This document shows, piece after piece, positions 31,082 to 42,070 of a DNA stretch of 64,000 bases (position 1 is its first letter; the number at the start of each line of letters is the position of its first letter). A model generated the notes under the pieces. That model searched no databases and was not told the origin of the DNA. It saw nothing but the letters and a program-made list of their open reading frames with translations. The stretch lies in NCBI RefSeq assembly GCF_003790525.1, contig NZ_CP033635.1, one strand, 5' to 3'. The stretch comes from Escherichia coli (GTDB lineage Bacteria; Pseudomonadota; Gammaproteobacteria; Enterobacterales; Enterobacteriaceae). Position numbers and translations under genes: made by a program.

Positions 31082-32032
31082 TTACTGCTGCTGTAAACGT
31101 GCTTCGATGGCATCCATTAACATTCCGGTGATCGACACCGGAAACTCTGCTTCAATCTCACGAATACAGGTTGGGCTGGTGACGTTAATTTCAGTCAGAC
31201 GGTCGCCGATGATATCCAGACCAACAAAAATCAGCCCTTTTTCTTTCAGCGTCGGCCCAATCTGACGGGCGATTTTCCAGTCACTTTCCGTCAGCGGACG
31301 AGGTTCACCGCGACCACCGGCAGCCAGATTGCCACGGGTTTCGCCCCCCTGCGGAATACGCGCCAGGCAATACGGCACCGGCTCGCCATCCACTACCAGC
31401 ACGCGTTTGTCGCCATCTTTAATGGCTGGCAGGTAATTTTGCGCCATGCAGTAGCGAGTGCCATGCTCAGTCAGGGTTTCGGCAATCACGCCGAGGTTTG
31501 GATCGCCTTCTTTCACGCGGAAAATCGACGCGCCGCCCATACCGTCCAGTGGCTTAAGAATGATGTCGCCGTGTTTCTCCCAGAACGCTTTTAGCTGCGC
31601 TTTATTGCGCGTAACCAGCGTTTCTGGCGTTAAGTCAGAGAACCAGGCAGTAAACAGTTTCTCGTTACAGTCGCGCAGGCTCTGCGGCTTGTTAACGATC
31701 AGCGTCCCTTTCTCTTCGGCACGTTCCAGAATATAAGTCGCGTAGATAAACTCGGTATCAAACGGCGGGTCTTTACGCATCAGGATCACATCGAGATCGG
31801 CCAACGGTAGATCCTGTTCACCGACGAACGAAAACCACTCTTCGTAGTTCTGCTTCACGTTCAGCGTGCGGGTATGGGCGCGGGCTTCGCCATTGATCAG
31901 ATACAGATCGCCCATCTCCATATAGTGAAGTTCGTAACCACGACGCTGTGCTTCCAGCAACATAGCGAAACTGGAATCTTTCTTGATGTTGATGTTTGCG
32001 ATGGGGTCCATCACGATGCCGAGCTTGATCAT
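31082..32032 (-). CDS. gshB: Glutathione synthetase
   Basis: 316 aa; ATP-grasp. Confidence 0.95.
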   Translation of the reverse strand: MIKLGIVMDPIANINIKKDSSFAMLLEAQRRGYELHYMEMGDLYLINGEARAHTRTLNVKQNYEEWFSFVGEQDLPLADLDVILMRKDPPFDTEFIYATYILERAEEKGTLIVNKPQSLRDCNEKLFTAWFSDLTPETLVTRNKAQLKAFWEKHGDIILKPLDGMGGASIFRVKEGDPNLGVIAETLTEHGTRYCMAQNYLPAIKDGDKRVLVVDGEPVPYCLARIPQGGETRGNLAAGGRGEPRPLTESDWKIARQIGPTLKEKGLIFVGLDIIGDRLTEINVTSPTCIREIEAEFPVSITGMLMDAIEARLQQQ

Positions 32033-32044
32033 TATTCTTCTCCG

Positions 32045-32776
32045 TTAGCCCAAATCGCCAAATCGTACTTGTAGCGCGGTAATGGCGGTGAGCGCAGTTG
32101 TCTCTGTACGCAAAACGCGAGGTCCCAACAGGATATCAGTAAATTGATAGCGGGCAGTCATGGCAATTTCATCTGCCGATAAACCGCCTTCCGGGCCAAT
32201 CAGCAGGCGGACGCGTTCGACCGGTAACGGCAACGTATTGATGCTGTTACTGGCGCGCGGGTGAAGATTCAGTTTCAGTCCTTCATCCTGCTCTGCACAC
32301 CAGGCTTCCAGATCCATCGCTGGACGGATTTCCGGCACCCGGTTACGACCACACTGCTCACAGGCAGCAATTGCAATCTTCTGCCACTGCTGGAGCTTCT
32401 TGTTCAGACGTTCACTATCCAGTTTAACGCCGCAGCGCTCAGAAAAAAGTGGCGTAATGAGGCTTACACCGAGTTCGATCGATTTCTGGATCGTAAATTC
32501 CATTTTTTCGCCACGCGACATCACCTGACCGAGGTGAATATGCAGCGGAGATTCACGATCGTCGATCTGTCCTTCCAGCACCTTCACTTCCACGCTTTTT
32601 TTGCTGGCGCTGGTAATTTCGGCGTCAAAGACCTGGTTGCTGCCGTCAAATAATTGCAACGCCTGCCCCGGCCCCATACGCAGTACGCGCCCGATATGGT
32701 TGGCGGCATCTTCGCAAAGCGCGATGTGAGAATGGCTGGTCAGTGGTTCAGGATGATAAATGCGGGGGATACGCAT
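32045..32776 (-). CDS. rsmE: 16S rRNA m3U1498 methyltransferase
   Basis: 243 aa from [12 protein letters not shown]... Confidence 0.9.
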
Positions 32777-32855
32777 AGTTAAAAATCCGCGTCGTCTCCC
32801 CACGCGGTTGTACGCGTGGGGTAGGGGTTAACAAAAAGAATCCCGCTAGTGTAGG

Positions 32856-33563
32856 TTAGCTCTTTCGCGCCTGGCAAGCGCGTTGCACATACGGGTTATG
32901 ATTGCCCTGCACCTTCGCGATGCGTTCATCACGCTCGCACTCCCAGTCGGTAACCGGATACATCTTGTTCCATGCGTTGAACAGCTGCGTTTGCTGGCGG
33001 GAGAGTGTCAGGTTGTATTGGTCGCGCATATAGAAGTAGGTGCGCGCAATGGCACCGCGTGCACGCGCTGGTGGTTCGGCCGCTTTTTCTTTGAAATCGA
33101 CCTTCATGGCGCATTGACCGTACTGGCCTTCGCCGCCATTCCACTGGCTGTACATAAAGTTGCCGCGATCGCCATTCACCTCGCCGACTGACGGTTGCAG
33201 GTTATGCATATCGCTTTCCATCTTGCGATAGACCGGATCTTTGGCGCAATTTTTACGTCCACCGTCCTGCCAGCACTGGCGCTGGTGACCGAATTGCCAG
33301 GCGGGAACGACGTGTTCCCACTCTACGCGGCTGGCGCGGTTTTCATTTTTGCGCACCTGATAGCCGCACGATTGCAGATCAACAACGCCTTTTTTGCCCT
33401 GCCAGTTAATTTTACATCCGCAATAAAACGTACCGGGCGCATCAGCGTGGACTTTTACCGCCGCGGCTTTCGCCTGAGAAAAACTATTGATACCTTCGGC
33501 CAACGCCGGGCCGGAAAATGCTGCGCTCAGTACCACCGCAGCAATAGACAAATAACGGTACAT
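32856..33563 (-). CDS. endA: Periplasmic endonuclease I
   Basis: 235 aa with signal peptide. Confidence 0.9.
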
Positions 33564-33657
33564 CACTTACTCCGTGTTAAAACGAGCCAGCAACGTAGCG
33601 AAAGTTGTTTTAGTATGCAATCAGCCAGATCAGGAAAGTTCCTGATAGTTCAGGTGG

Positions 33658-34155
33658 TTACTTTGCAATCAGCTGTTCACCGCAGTGAACACAGCGATAG
33701 ACGGCCTCGCCACGAACTACGCGATTATGGCGGCGTACGGTAAGCTGATGCTCCTGGCACTTGCAGCGGTAGGGGAAGGTGTTGCGACGCACGGATTGCA
33801 GTTCGAACTGATGCGTACGACGGGCGGGAACGCCCAGCACGTTTTCCATCATCCACTTCCACTCTTTGCCATGTGGCGCTACGCGGCCGAAATGTTTCCA
33901 TACCAGCAAATGTGCCAGTTCGTGCGGCACCACTTCTTCAATAAAGGCTTCACTGTTTTCCAACAGCAAAACGGGATTGAGGCGAATTTCATAGCTTTCC
34001 AGCCAGGCTGTTCCGGCGGAGGTGCCGCGCTGGGTGTAAGAGAGTTTTGGCTCCGGGTAGTTACGTCCTAGCTTCAGGTTGGCCTGGGCGAGTTTTTCCC
34101 GCAGGCGACGCATAACGGCTTGTTGGATGGCGATAGGGAGACGGGATGTTTTCAT
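33658..34155 (-). CDS. sprT: SprT-like zinc metallopeptidase-like protein
   Basis: 165 aa; HELAH motif. Confidence 0.85.
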   Translation of the reverse strand: MKTSRLPIAIQQAVMRRLREKLAQANLKLGRNYPEPKLSYTQRGTSAGTAWLESYEIRLNPVLLLENSEAFIEEVVPHELAHLLVWKHFGRVAPHGKEWKWMMENVLGVPARRTHQFELQSVRRNTFPYRCKCQEHQLTVRRHNRVVRGEAVYRCVHCGEQLIAK

Positions 34156-34231
34156 AGCGGCAGAGGATAGAGCGAAGAAAAGATGACTGCAAGAGGTGGC
34201 TTCCTCCGCGACGGGAGGAAGCCTGAGGAGA

Positions 34232-35626
34232 TTAATCGTGAGCGCCGATTTCGCGCAGTTTACGACCTTTCATCAGATTACGTTCAATATGTTCCAGCGA
34301 AACGTGTTTGGTTTCCGGTACCAGCCACAATGTCAGCAAGATAAACAGTACGTTCAGAGCCGCATACACCCAGAAGGTGTTGGCGTTACCCAGCGTGTTG
34401 AGCATGGTCAGGAACGTTGCGCCAACGATCATGTTGGCAATCCAGTTGGTGGCGGTGGAGCAGGTGATGCCAAAATCGCGGCCTTTCAGCGGCTGAATTT
34501 CGGAGCACAGTACCCAAATCAGCGGACCGGCACTCATGGCAAAACCGACAATAAACATCAGCAGCATGGCGATAGCGAAATACTGCGCCGACGGAGAGTG
34601 GATACCGATATGCATCATTGTACCGAGTACGCCCATGCCAGCAGCCATCACCAGGAAGCCCAGCGTTAGCGTTGGTTTACGTCCCCAGCGGTCAACAAGG
34701 CCGATTGCGATAAAGGTGGCGAGTACGTTAGTCAGGCCGACGATCACCGTCCCCCACATTTGCTCGGTAGTGTTGGTATAACCCGCCAGTTCGAAGATTT
34801 TCGGCGCGTAATACATGATGACGTTCATCCCGGTGAATTGCTGCATTACCTGCAACAGTACGCCAAGGAACACCGCGCGGCGGAAGTTGCTGTTCTCTTT
34901 AAACAGCGCCCAGCCACTCTGTTTAACCTGCAAACTTTCACGGATTTCATCCAGTTCACGTTTCGCTTCCGCGCTGGTGTCACGCAGGCGCAGCAGCACG
35001 CGTTCGGCATCAACAAAACGGCGTTTGGCGGCAAACCAACGAGGGCTGTCTGGCAGGAAGAAGACACCAATCAGCAGCAAAATTGCCGGGATGATAATCA
35101 CACCCAGCATCCAGCGCCATGCACCGGTGTAGCTGAAGGCGGTATCAGAAAGATAAGCACCGAGGATCCCGATAGTGATCATCAACTGATACATCGAGAT
35201 CATACTGCCGCGAATTTTTTCCGGCGCAATTTCTGACAGGTACAGTGGTGCGGTATAAGAGGCCACACCCACCGCCAGCCCCAGCAGAACGCGGGAAAGA
35301 ATCAGTACTTCAACGTTTGGCGCAGCCGCAGAGAACAGTGAACCGGCAACAAACAGGATTGCGCCGATCATCAGGCTCTTTTTGCGCCCGAGTTTAAAGG
35401 AGAGCCAGCCGCTGCCCACCGCACCGACTGCCGCACCGAACATCATGGAGCTTACGACCCATTCTTGCGTGTGCGAAGTAATCTGGAATTCATCTGCAAT
35501 AAACGGCAGTGCGCCAGCAATTACACCGATATCCAGGCCAAAGAGTAATCCCGCCAGAGCAGCAAGGAAGCAGACGAAAAACGTCATTGCCTTGTTTGAC
35601 CGCCCCTGTTTTTTAGCGTCAGGCAT
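34232..35626 (-). CDS. galP: Galactose:H+ symporter
   Basis: 464 aa from [18 protein letters not shown]...; MFS sugar porter. Confidence 0.95.
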   Translation of the reverse strand: MPDAKKQGRSNKAMTFFVCFLAALAGLLFGLDIGVIAGALPFIADEFQITSHTQEWVVSSMMFGAAVGAVGSGWLSFKLGRKKSLMIGAILFVAGSLFSAAAPNVEVLILSRVLLGLAVGVASYTAPLYLSEIAPEKIRGSMISMYQLMITIGILGAYLSDTAFSYTGAWRWMLGVIIIPAILLLIGVFFLPDSPRWFAAKRRFVDAERVLLRLRDTSAEAKRELDEIRESLQVKQSGWALFKENSNFRRAVFLGVLLQVMQQFTGMNVIMYYAPKIFELAGYTNTTEQMWGTVIVGLTNVLATFIAIGLVDRWGRKPTLTLGFLVMAAGMGVLGTMMHIGIHSPSAQYFAIAMLLMFIVGFAMSAGPLIWVLCSEIQPLKGRDFGITCSTATNWIANMIVGATFLTMLNTLGNANTFWVYAALNVLFILLTLWLVPETKHVSLEHIERNLMKGRKLREIGAHD

Positions 35627-36010
35627 GATGCCCTCCAATATGGTTATTTTTTATTGTGAATTAAGATAGGTGAGTACGACGTAAAAAGATGTGAAGCAAA
35701 TCACATCAGTGTAATCGCTTACACTAACATTTATCTTGGTTATGATTTAAGTGCATGAAAATAATTGAGTTATATCATCATAGATTAAACGCTGTTATCT
35801 GCAATTAAGACTTTACTGAAAAGAAATGTAACAACTGTGAAAACCGAATAATAATATGAAAATATTACAAATCTTTGGCTGGTGTGGTTGGTGTAATCGG
35901 TTTCAGTAGCGATGATAATTTGCGGTAAAACGTGTTCAGGAAGAATGATGTTATTGTGCGGGCAGCTTTTTGCCGGATGCCGCGTGAACGCCTATCCACC
36001 GCGGTGAGGT

Positions 36011-36039
36011 AAAAGAAAAAGGCCAGCGCGAGGCTGGCC
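36011..36039 (-). terminator. Rho-independent terminator after metK
   Basis: Stem GGCCAGC / GCTGGCC followed (on minus strand) by T-run. Confidence 0.7.
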
Positions 36040-36061
36040 TTTGAAAGCAGGTGAAGAAAGA

Positions 36062-37216
36062 TTACTTCAGACCGGCAGCATCGCGCAGCAGCTGCGCTTT
36101 GTCGGTTTTTTCCCACGGGAAATGTTCGCGACCAAAGTGACCGTATGCTGCGGTTTCTTTGTAGATCGGGTGCAGCAGATCCAGCATCTGAATCAGACCG
36201 TATGGACGCAGGTCAAAGAACTCACGTACCAGCAGAGTCAGTTGTTCAGAAGGCACTTTCTCGGTACCGAAAGTTTCCACCATGATAGAGGTCGGTTCAG
36301 CCACGCCGATTGCGTAGGAAACCTGAATTTCACAACGATCGGCCAGGCCAGCAGCAACGATGTTTTTCGCGACATAACGTGCTGCGTACGCTGCGGAACG
36401 GTCCACTTTTGATGGATCTTTACCAGAGAATGCACCACCACCGTGACGTGCCATGCCGCCGTAGGTATCAACGATAATTTTACGACCAGTCAGACCGCAG
36501 TCACCCATCGGGCCACCGATAACAAAACGACCGGTCGGGTTGATGAAGAATTTGGTGGCAGAAGTCAGCCATTCAGCCGGCAGAATCGGCTTGATGATCT
36601 CTTCCATTACCGCTTCTTGCAGCGATTTCTGGTCGATTTCTTCAGAGTGCTGAGTGGAAAGCACGACAGCATCGATACCAACGATTTTGCCGTCGTCATA
36701 CTGGAAAGTCACCTGGCTTTTCGCGTCCGGGCGCAGCCACGGCAGAGTGCCGTTTTTACGCACTTCAGCCTGACGCTGTACCAGACGGTGTGCATAGGTG
36801 ATAGGCGCTGGCATCAGCACGTCGGTTTCATTGGTTGCGTAGCCAAACATCAGACCCTGGTCACCCGCGCCCTGTTCCAGCGGATCGGCACGGTCAACGC
36901 CCTGGTTGATGTCAGGAGACTGTTTACCGATGGCGCTCAGAACCGCACAGGAGTTAGCGTCAAAGCCCATGTCGGAATGCACATAGCCAATTTCGCGAAC
37001 GGTGTTACGGGTGATCTCTTCGATGTCTACCCAGGCGCTGGTGGTGATTTCGCCGCCAACTAAAACCATGCCGGTTTTTACGTAGGTTTCGCAAGCAACG
37101 CGTGCTTTCGGATCCTGTTCGAGGATCGCGTCTAAAACGGCATCAGAGATTTGGTCAGCAATTTTGTCAGGATGCCCTTCAGAGACGGACTCGGACGTAA
37201 AAAGGTGTTTTGCCAT
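36062..37216 (-). CDS. metK: S-adenosylmethionine synthetase
   Basis: 384 aa from [22 protein letters not shown]... Confidence 0.95.
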
Positions 37217-37519
37217 ATTTAATATCACCTAAAGAGAATTTGGTTAGCTCAAACTGTTGTGTGGATTTTCTGTGGTAGCGGATCCTACCACGACTCTGCA
37301 GGTTAAAAACACTGGCAGTCTGAGTGTTAATCGGTATGGATGGATTAACATCTGGATGGCTATTTTAGGTCAGTTCTTCACCCAATTTCCACTTTTTTTT
37401 GAATCGTGTCTCATTCTGTTAAAAACGTGGCTGGAAATTTTTCCTGACAATGCTGGCATTCTGCGTATTTATCTTTTGCAATTTTCTGCCATTGTGGGGT
37501 ATAAAACGCGGCGCGCGGC

Positions 37520-37735
37520 TTAAATAAAAAGCACACGACGTTTCTTTCGTGTTGCCACTTCCAGCCGGGTTGAAAACAGAGTTTTGGCTTGTGGGTTCGT
37601 CTTAACAGGCGGCCGTGGAGGTGATACGAAATAATGAACCGTTGTCTGCTGCTTAACCTGTCTCACCGTTCTGGTGAAGATTCGTTCCCCGCACTCTGCA
37701 TCTCTGCTTTGCATACCTGCCGATGTTATACCCAT
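37520..37735 (-). CDS. Small hypothetical protein, possibly YqgC (71 aa)
   Basis: 71-aa ORF in metK-speA intergenic region where K-12 has small yqgC/yqgD ORFs; coding status doubtful. Confidence 0.3.
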   Translation of the reverse strand: MGITSAGMQSRDAECGERIFTRTVRQVKQQTTVHYFVSPPRPPVKTNPQAKTLFSTRLEVATRKKRRVLFI

Positions 37736-37870
37736 CTCGGCGCTTCTCAGGATTCAAGAGCTGGTTACAGCTACTGAGGACTGAACAAGGGCGCTCTTGT
37801 AAAAACAAGAGTTTTCTCGTGGTTTCGCCGAACTGTCACACTTACGTTCGGTTATGTGCTTAATAATGTT

Positions 37871-38002
37871 ATGAAAAAGAAACCGGTTGCGCAGTTGGAG
37901 CGTCAGCATTCACTGCTGGAAAATCCATGTGCTTATGGGTTGTTATCGCAGTTCCAGGCTGCGATAGTCGTTAACTGTTTTACACTTAATAAAATAATTT
38001 GA
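37871..38002 (+). CDS. yqgB: Small acid-stress/leader peptide YqgB (43 aa)
   Basis: ATG at 37871; [43 protein letters not shown]; stops 8 nt before speA. Confidence 0.8.
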
Positions 38003-38010
38003 GGTTCGCT

Positions 38011-39987
38011 ATGTCTGACGACATGTCTATGGGTTTGCCTTCGTCAGCGGGCGAACACGGTGTACTACGCTCCATGCAGGAGGTTGCAATGAGCTCCCAG
38101 GAAGCCAGCAAGATGCTGCGTACTTACAATATTGCCTGGTGGGGCAATAACTACTATGACGTTAACGAGCTGGGCCACATTAGCGTGTGCCCGGACCCGG
38201 ACGTCCCGGAAGCTCGCGTCGATCTCGCGCAGTTAGTGAAAACTCGCGAAGCACAGGGTCAGCGTCTGCCTGCACTGTTCTGTTTCCCACAGATCCTGCA
38301 GCACCGTTTGCGTTCCATTAACGCCGCGTTCAAACGTGCGCGGGAATCCTACGGCTATAACGGCGATTACTTCCTTGTTTATCCGATCAAAGTTAACCAG
38401 CACCGTCGCGTGATTGAGTCCCTGATTCATTCGGGCGAACCGCTGGGCCTGGAAGCCGGTTCCAAAGCGGAGTTGATGGCGGTGTTGGCACATGCTGGCA
38501 TGACCCGTAGCGTCATCGTCTGCAACGGTTATAAGGACCGCGAATATATCCGCCTGGCATTAATTGGCGAGAAGATGGGCCACAAGGTCTATCTGGTCAT
38601 TGAGAAGATGTCAGAAATTGCCATTGTGCTGGATGAAGCAGAACGTCTGAATGTCGTTCCTCGTCTGGGCGTGCGTGCACGTCTGGCTTCGCAGGGCTCG
38701 GGTAAATGGCAGTCCTCCGGCGGGGAAAAATCGAAGTTCGGCCTGGCGGCGACTCAGGTACTGCAACTGGTTGAAACGCTGCGTGAAGCCGGGCGTCTCG
38801 ACAGCCTGCAACTGCTGCACTTCCACCTCGGTTCGCAGATGGCGAATATTCGCGATATCGCGACAGGCGTTCGTGAATCCGCGCGTTTCTATGTGGAACT
38901 GCACAAGCTGGGCGTCAATATTCAGTGCTTCGACGTCGGCGGCGGTCTGGGCGTGGACTATGAAGGCACCCGTTCGCAGTCCGACTGTTCGGTGAACTAC
39001 GGCCTCAATGAATACGCCAACAACATCATCTGGGCGATTGGTGATGCGTGTGAAGAAAATGGTCTGCCACATCCGACAGTAATCACCGAGTCGGGTCGTG
39101 CGGTGACTGCGCATCACACCGTGCTGGTGTCAAATATCATCGGCGTGGAACGTAACGAATACACGGTGCCGACTGCGCCTGCAGAAGACGCACCGCGCGC
39201 ATTGCAAAGCATGTGGGAAACCTGGCAGGAGATGCACGAACCGGGAACTCGCCGTTCTCTGCGTGAATGGTTACACGACAGCCAGATGGATCTGCACGAT
39301 ATTCATATCGGCTACTCTTCCGGCACCTTTAGCCTGCAAGAACGCGCATGGGCTGAGCAGCTTTATTTGAGCATGTGCCATGAAGTGCAAAAGCAGCTGG
39401 ATCCGCAAAACCGTGCTCATCGTCCGATTATCGACGAGCTGCAGGAACGTATGGCGGACAAAATGTACGTCAACTTCTCGCTGTTCCAGTCGATGCCGGA
39501 TGCGTGGGGGATCGACCAGTTGTTCCCGGTTCTGCCGCTGGAAGGGTTGGATCAAGTGCCGGAACGCCGCGCTGTGCTGCTGGATATTACCTGTGACTCT
39601 GACGGTGCTATTGATCACTATATTGATGGTGATGGTATTGCCACGACAATGCCAATGCCGGAGTACGATCCAGAGAATCCGCCGATGCTCGGTTTCTTCA
39701 TGGTCGGCGCATATCAGGAGATCCTCGGCAACATGCACAACCTGTTCGGTGATACCGAAGCGGTTGACGTGTTCGTCTTCCCTGACGGCAGCGTAGAAGT
39801 AGAACTGTCTGACGAAGGCGATACCGTGGCGGATATGCTGCAATATGTACAGCTCGATCCGAAAACGTTGTTAACCCAGTTCCGTGATCAAGTGAAGAAA
39901 ACCGATCTTGATGCTGAACTGCAACAACAGTTCCTTGAAGAGTTCGAGGCAGGTTTGTACGGTTATACCTATCTTGAAGATGAATAA
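38011..39987 (+). CDS. speA: Biosynthetic arginine decarboxylase
   Basis: 658 aa from [18 protein letters not shown]... Confidence 0.95.
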
Positions 39988-40004
39988 TTAAGATTATTCC
40001 GCTG

Positions 40005-40045
40005 GCGGGTCGATTTATTTACGTAAATCGGCCCGCTTTCTTTTT
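40005..40045 (+). terminator. Rho-independent terminator after speA
   Basis: 13-bp imperfect stem GCGGGTCGATTTA / TAAATCGGCCCGC followed by TTTCTTTTT. Confidence 0.7.
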
Positions 40046-40132
40046 ATATATTCTTAAAAATAATTTAGCTGCTTTTCTTATTAAATAATCCCCCTACAAT
40101 CGCTGCATTAATTAAATGCAGAGGGAACGGTT

Positions 40133-40864
40133 ATGAAAAAATGGAAAGTACGTAGCGCGTTGATAGCATTAGCCGTGCTGCTGGCCGGTTGTTCCAGTAA
40201 TGCGCAGTATAATAGCAGTGCATCAGGCAATGTCGGCACCGCCTGGGGTGGGGATGTGCACTCATCGGTTCAGGGCGTATCTGCTGAACGAGTCTGGCGC
40301 GATCCGGCAGAGATGATCGTTATTAGTTATTCGACTACTGTTCCTTCGGGCTACGACCGCGTTTATAGCATTCGTATTAACGAACTTGAATATGCTATTC
40401 GCGATGGTAATTTTAATTCTCTACCTATTACGCGGGTTTATGATTCGTCAAATAATGAACCACGCTATATTGTCCATGCCAGAGTAGGAATGAATTATCA
40501 ATTATATGTCCGCAATTACAGTCGTAATACCAACTACGAGATCGTTGCTACGGTTGATGGCCTGGATGTGCTGAACGGCAAGCAAGGTTCGCTGAATAAC
40601 AACGGCTATATTGTGAATGCCGGAGATTCGTTAGCGATTAAAGGATTCCGCAAAGATAAACATACCGAAGCGGCTTTTCAGTTCGCCAACGTTGTTGATT
40701 CCTACGCAGCCAATTCGGCGCAAGGCGATGTGCGTAATACCGGTGTAATCGGCTTTGCCGCCTTTGAATTACAAGGCCCGGCGCAAAACGCGCTGCCGCC
40801 GTGCTCTGGACAAGCCTTTCCGGCGGACAACAATGGCTATGCGCCGCCACCGTGTCGGAAATAG
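40133..40864 (+). CDS. Hypothetical lipoprotein (243 aa), not recalled in K-12 at this site
   Basis: Signal peptide with lipobox LLAGCSS; Asn/Tyr-rich; no recognised domain; own terminator downstream. Confidence 0.6.
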   Translation: MKKWKVRSALIALAVLLAGCSSNAQYNSSASGNVGTAWGGDVHSSVQGVSAERVWRDPAEMIVISYSTTVPSGYDRVYSIRINELEYAIRDGNFNSLPITRVYDSSNNEPRYIVHARVGMNYQLYVRNYSRNTNYEIVATVDGLDVLNGKQGSLNNNGYIVNAGDSLAIKGFRKDKHTEAAFQFANVVDSYAANSAQGDVRNTGVIGFAAFELQGPAQNALPPCSGQAFPADNNGYAPPPCRK

Positions 40865-40931
40865 CAACCTCGCTTGATGCCTCGTCCATTTAAGGCGATA
40901 ATTAGCGCAAACTTGTGTTTCGCAAATCCAA

Positions 40932-40971
40932 CCCTTCCTCGTCGGGCCTAACGACGCGGAAGGGTTTTTTT
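40932..40971 (+). terminator. Rho-independent terminator after the inserted lipoprotein gene
   Basis: Stem CCCTTCCTCGTCG / CGACGCGGAAGGG (one mismatch) followed by TTTTTTT. Confidence 0.7.
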
Positions 40972-40999
40972 ATATCGACTTTGTAATAGGAGTCCATCC

Positions 41000-41920
41000 A
41001 TGAGCACCTTAGGTCATCAATACGATAACTCACTGGTTTCCAACGCCTTTGGTTTTTTACGCCTGCCGATGAACTTCCAGCCATATGACAGCGATGCTGA
41101 CTGGGTGATTACTGGCGTGCCGTTCGATATGGCCACTTCTGGTCGTGCGGGTGGTCGCCACGGTCCGGCAGCGATCCGTCAGGTTTCGACGAATCTGGCC
41201 TGGGAACACAATCGCTTCCCGTGGAATTTCGACATGCGTGAGCGCCTGAACGTCGTGGACTGCGGCGATCTGGTATATGCCTTCGGAGATGCCCGTGAGA
41301 TGAGCGAGAAGCTGCAGGCGCACGCCGAGAAGCTGCTGGCTGCCGGTAAGCGTATGCTCTCCTTCGGTGGTGACCACTTTGTTACGCTGCCGCTGCTGCG
41401 TGCTCATGCGAAGCATTTCGGTAAAATGGCGCTGGTACACTTTGACGCCCATACCGATACCTACGCTAACGGTTGTGAATTTGACCACGGCACCATGTTC
41501 TATACCGCGCCGAAAGAAGGTCTGATCGACCCGAATCATTCCGTGCAGATTGGTATTCGTACCGAGTTTGATAAAGACAACGGCTTTACCGTGCTGGACG
41601 CCTGCCAGGTGAACGATCGCAGCGTGGATGACGTTATCGCTCAGGTGAAACAGATTGTAGGTGATATGCCGGTTTACCTGACCTTTGATATCGACTGCCT
41701 GGATCCTGCTTTCGCGCCGGGAACCGGTACGCCAGTAATTGGCGGCCTGACCTCCGATCGCGCTATTAAACTGGTACGCGGCCTGAAAGATCTCAACATT
41801 GTTGGGATGGACGTAGTGGAAGTGGCTCCGGCATACGATCAGTCGGAAATCACCGCTCTGGCTGCGGCGACGCTGGCGCTGGAAATGCTGTATATTCAGG
41901 CGGCGAAAAAGGGCGAGTAA
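41000..41920 (+). CDS. speB: Agmatinase
   Basis: 306 aa; arginase-fold metal ligands (DAHTD, DIDCLDP). Confidence 0.95.
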   Translation: MSTLGHQYDNSLVSNAFGFLRLPMNFQPYDSDADWVITGVPFDMATSGRAGGRHGPAAIRQVSTNLAWEHNRFPWNFDMRERLNVVDCGDLVYAFGDAREMSEKLQAHAEKLLAAGKRMLSFGGDHFVTLPLLRAHAKHFGKMALVHFDAHTDTYANGCEFDHGTMFYTAPKEGLIDPNHSVQIGIRTEFDKDNGFTVLDACQVNDRSVDDVIAQVKQIVGDMPVYLTFDIDCLDPAFAPGTGTPVIGGLTSDRAIKLVRGLKDLNIVGMDVVEVAPAYDQSEITALAAATLALEMLYIQAAKKGE

Positions 41921-42070
41921 GTCATCTGCCTGGTTGAATTTTTTACACAGTCCCTTGTCTGGCACAAGGGACTTATCATTTAAAACCTATCCTGTTAATT
42001 AAGTCATCTTTACCCTGACTGCTGTTTTTTTAATGGATTGTTATTATCACGTTTTTAATGGAATAAATAG

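Noticed and set aside
37257-37523. 88-aa plus-strand ORF in the metK-speA intergenic region (possible yqgD)
   Set aside because: No convincing RBS or domain; coding status uncertain, so not listed as a feature.
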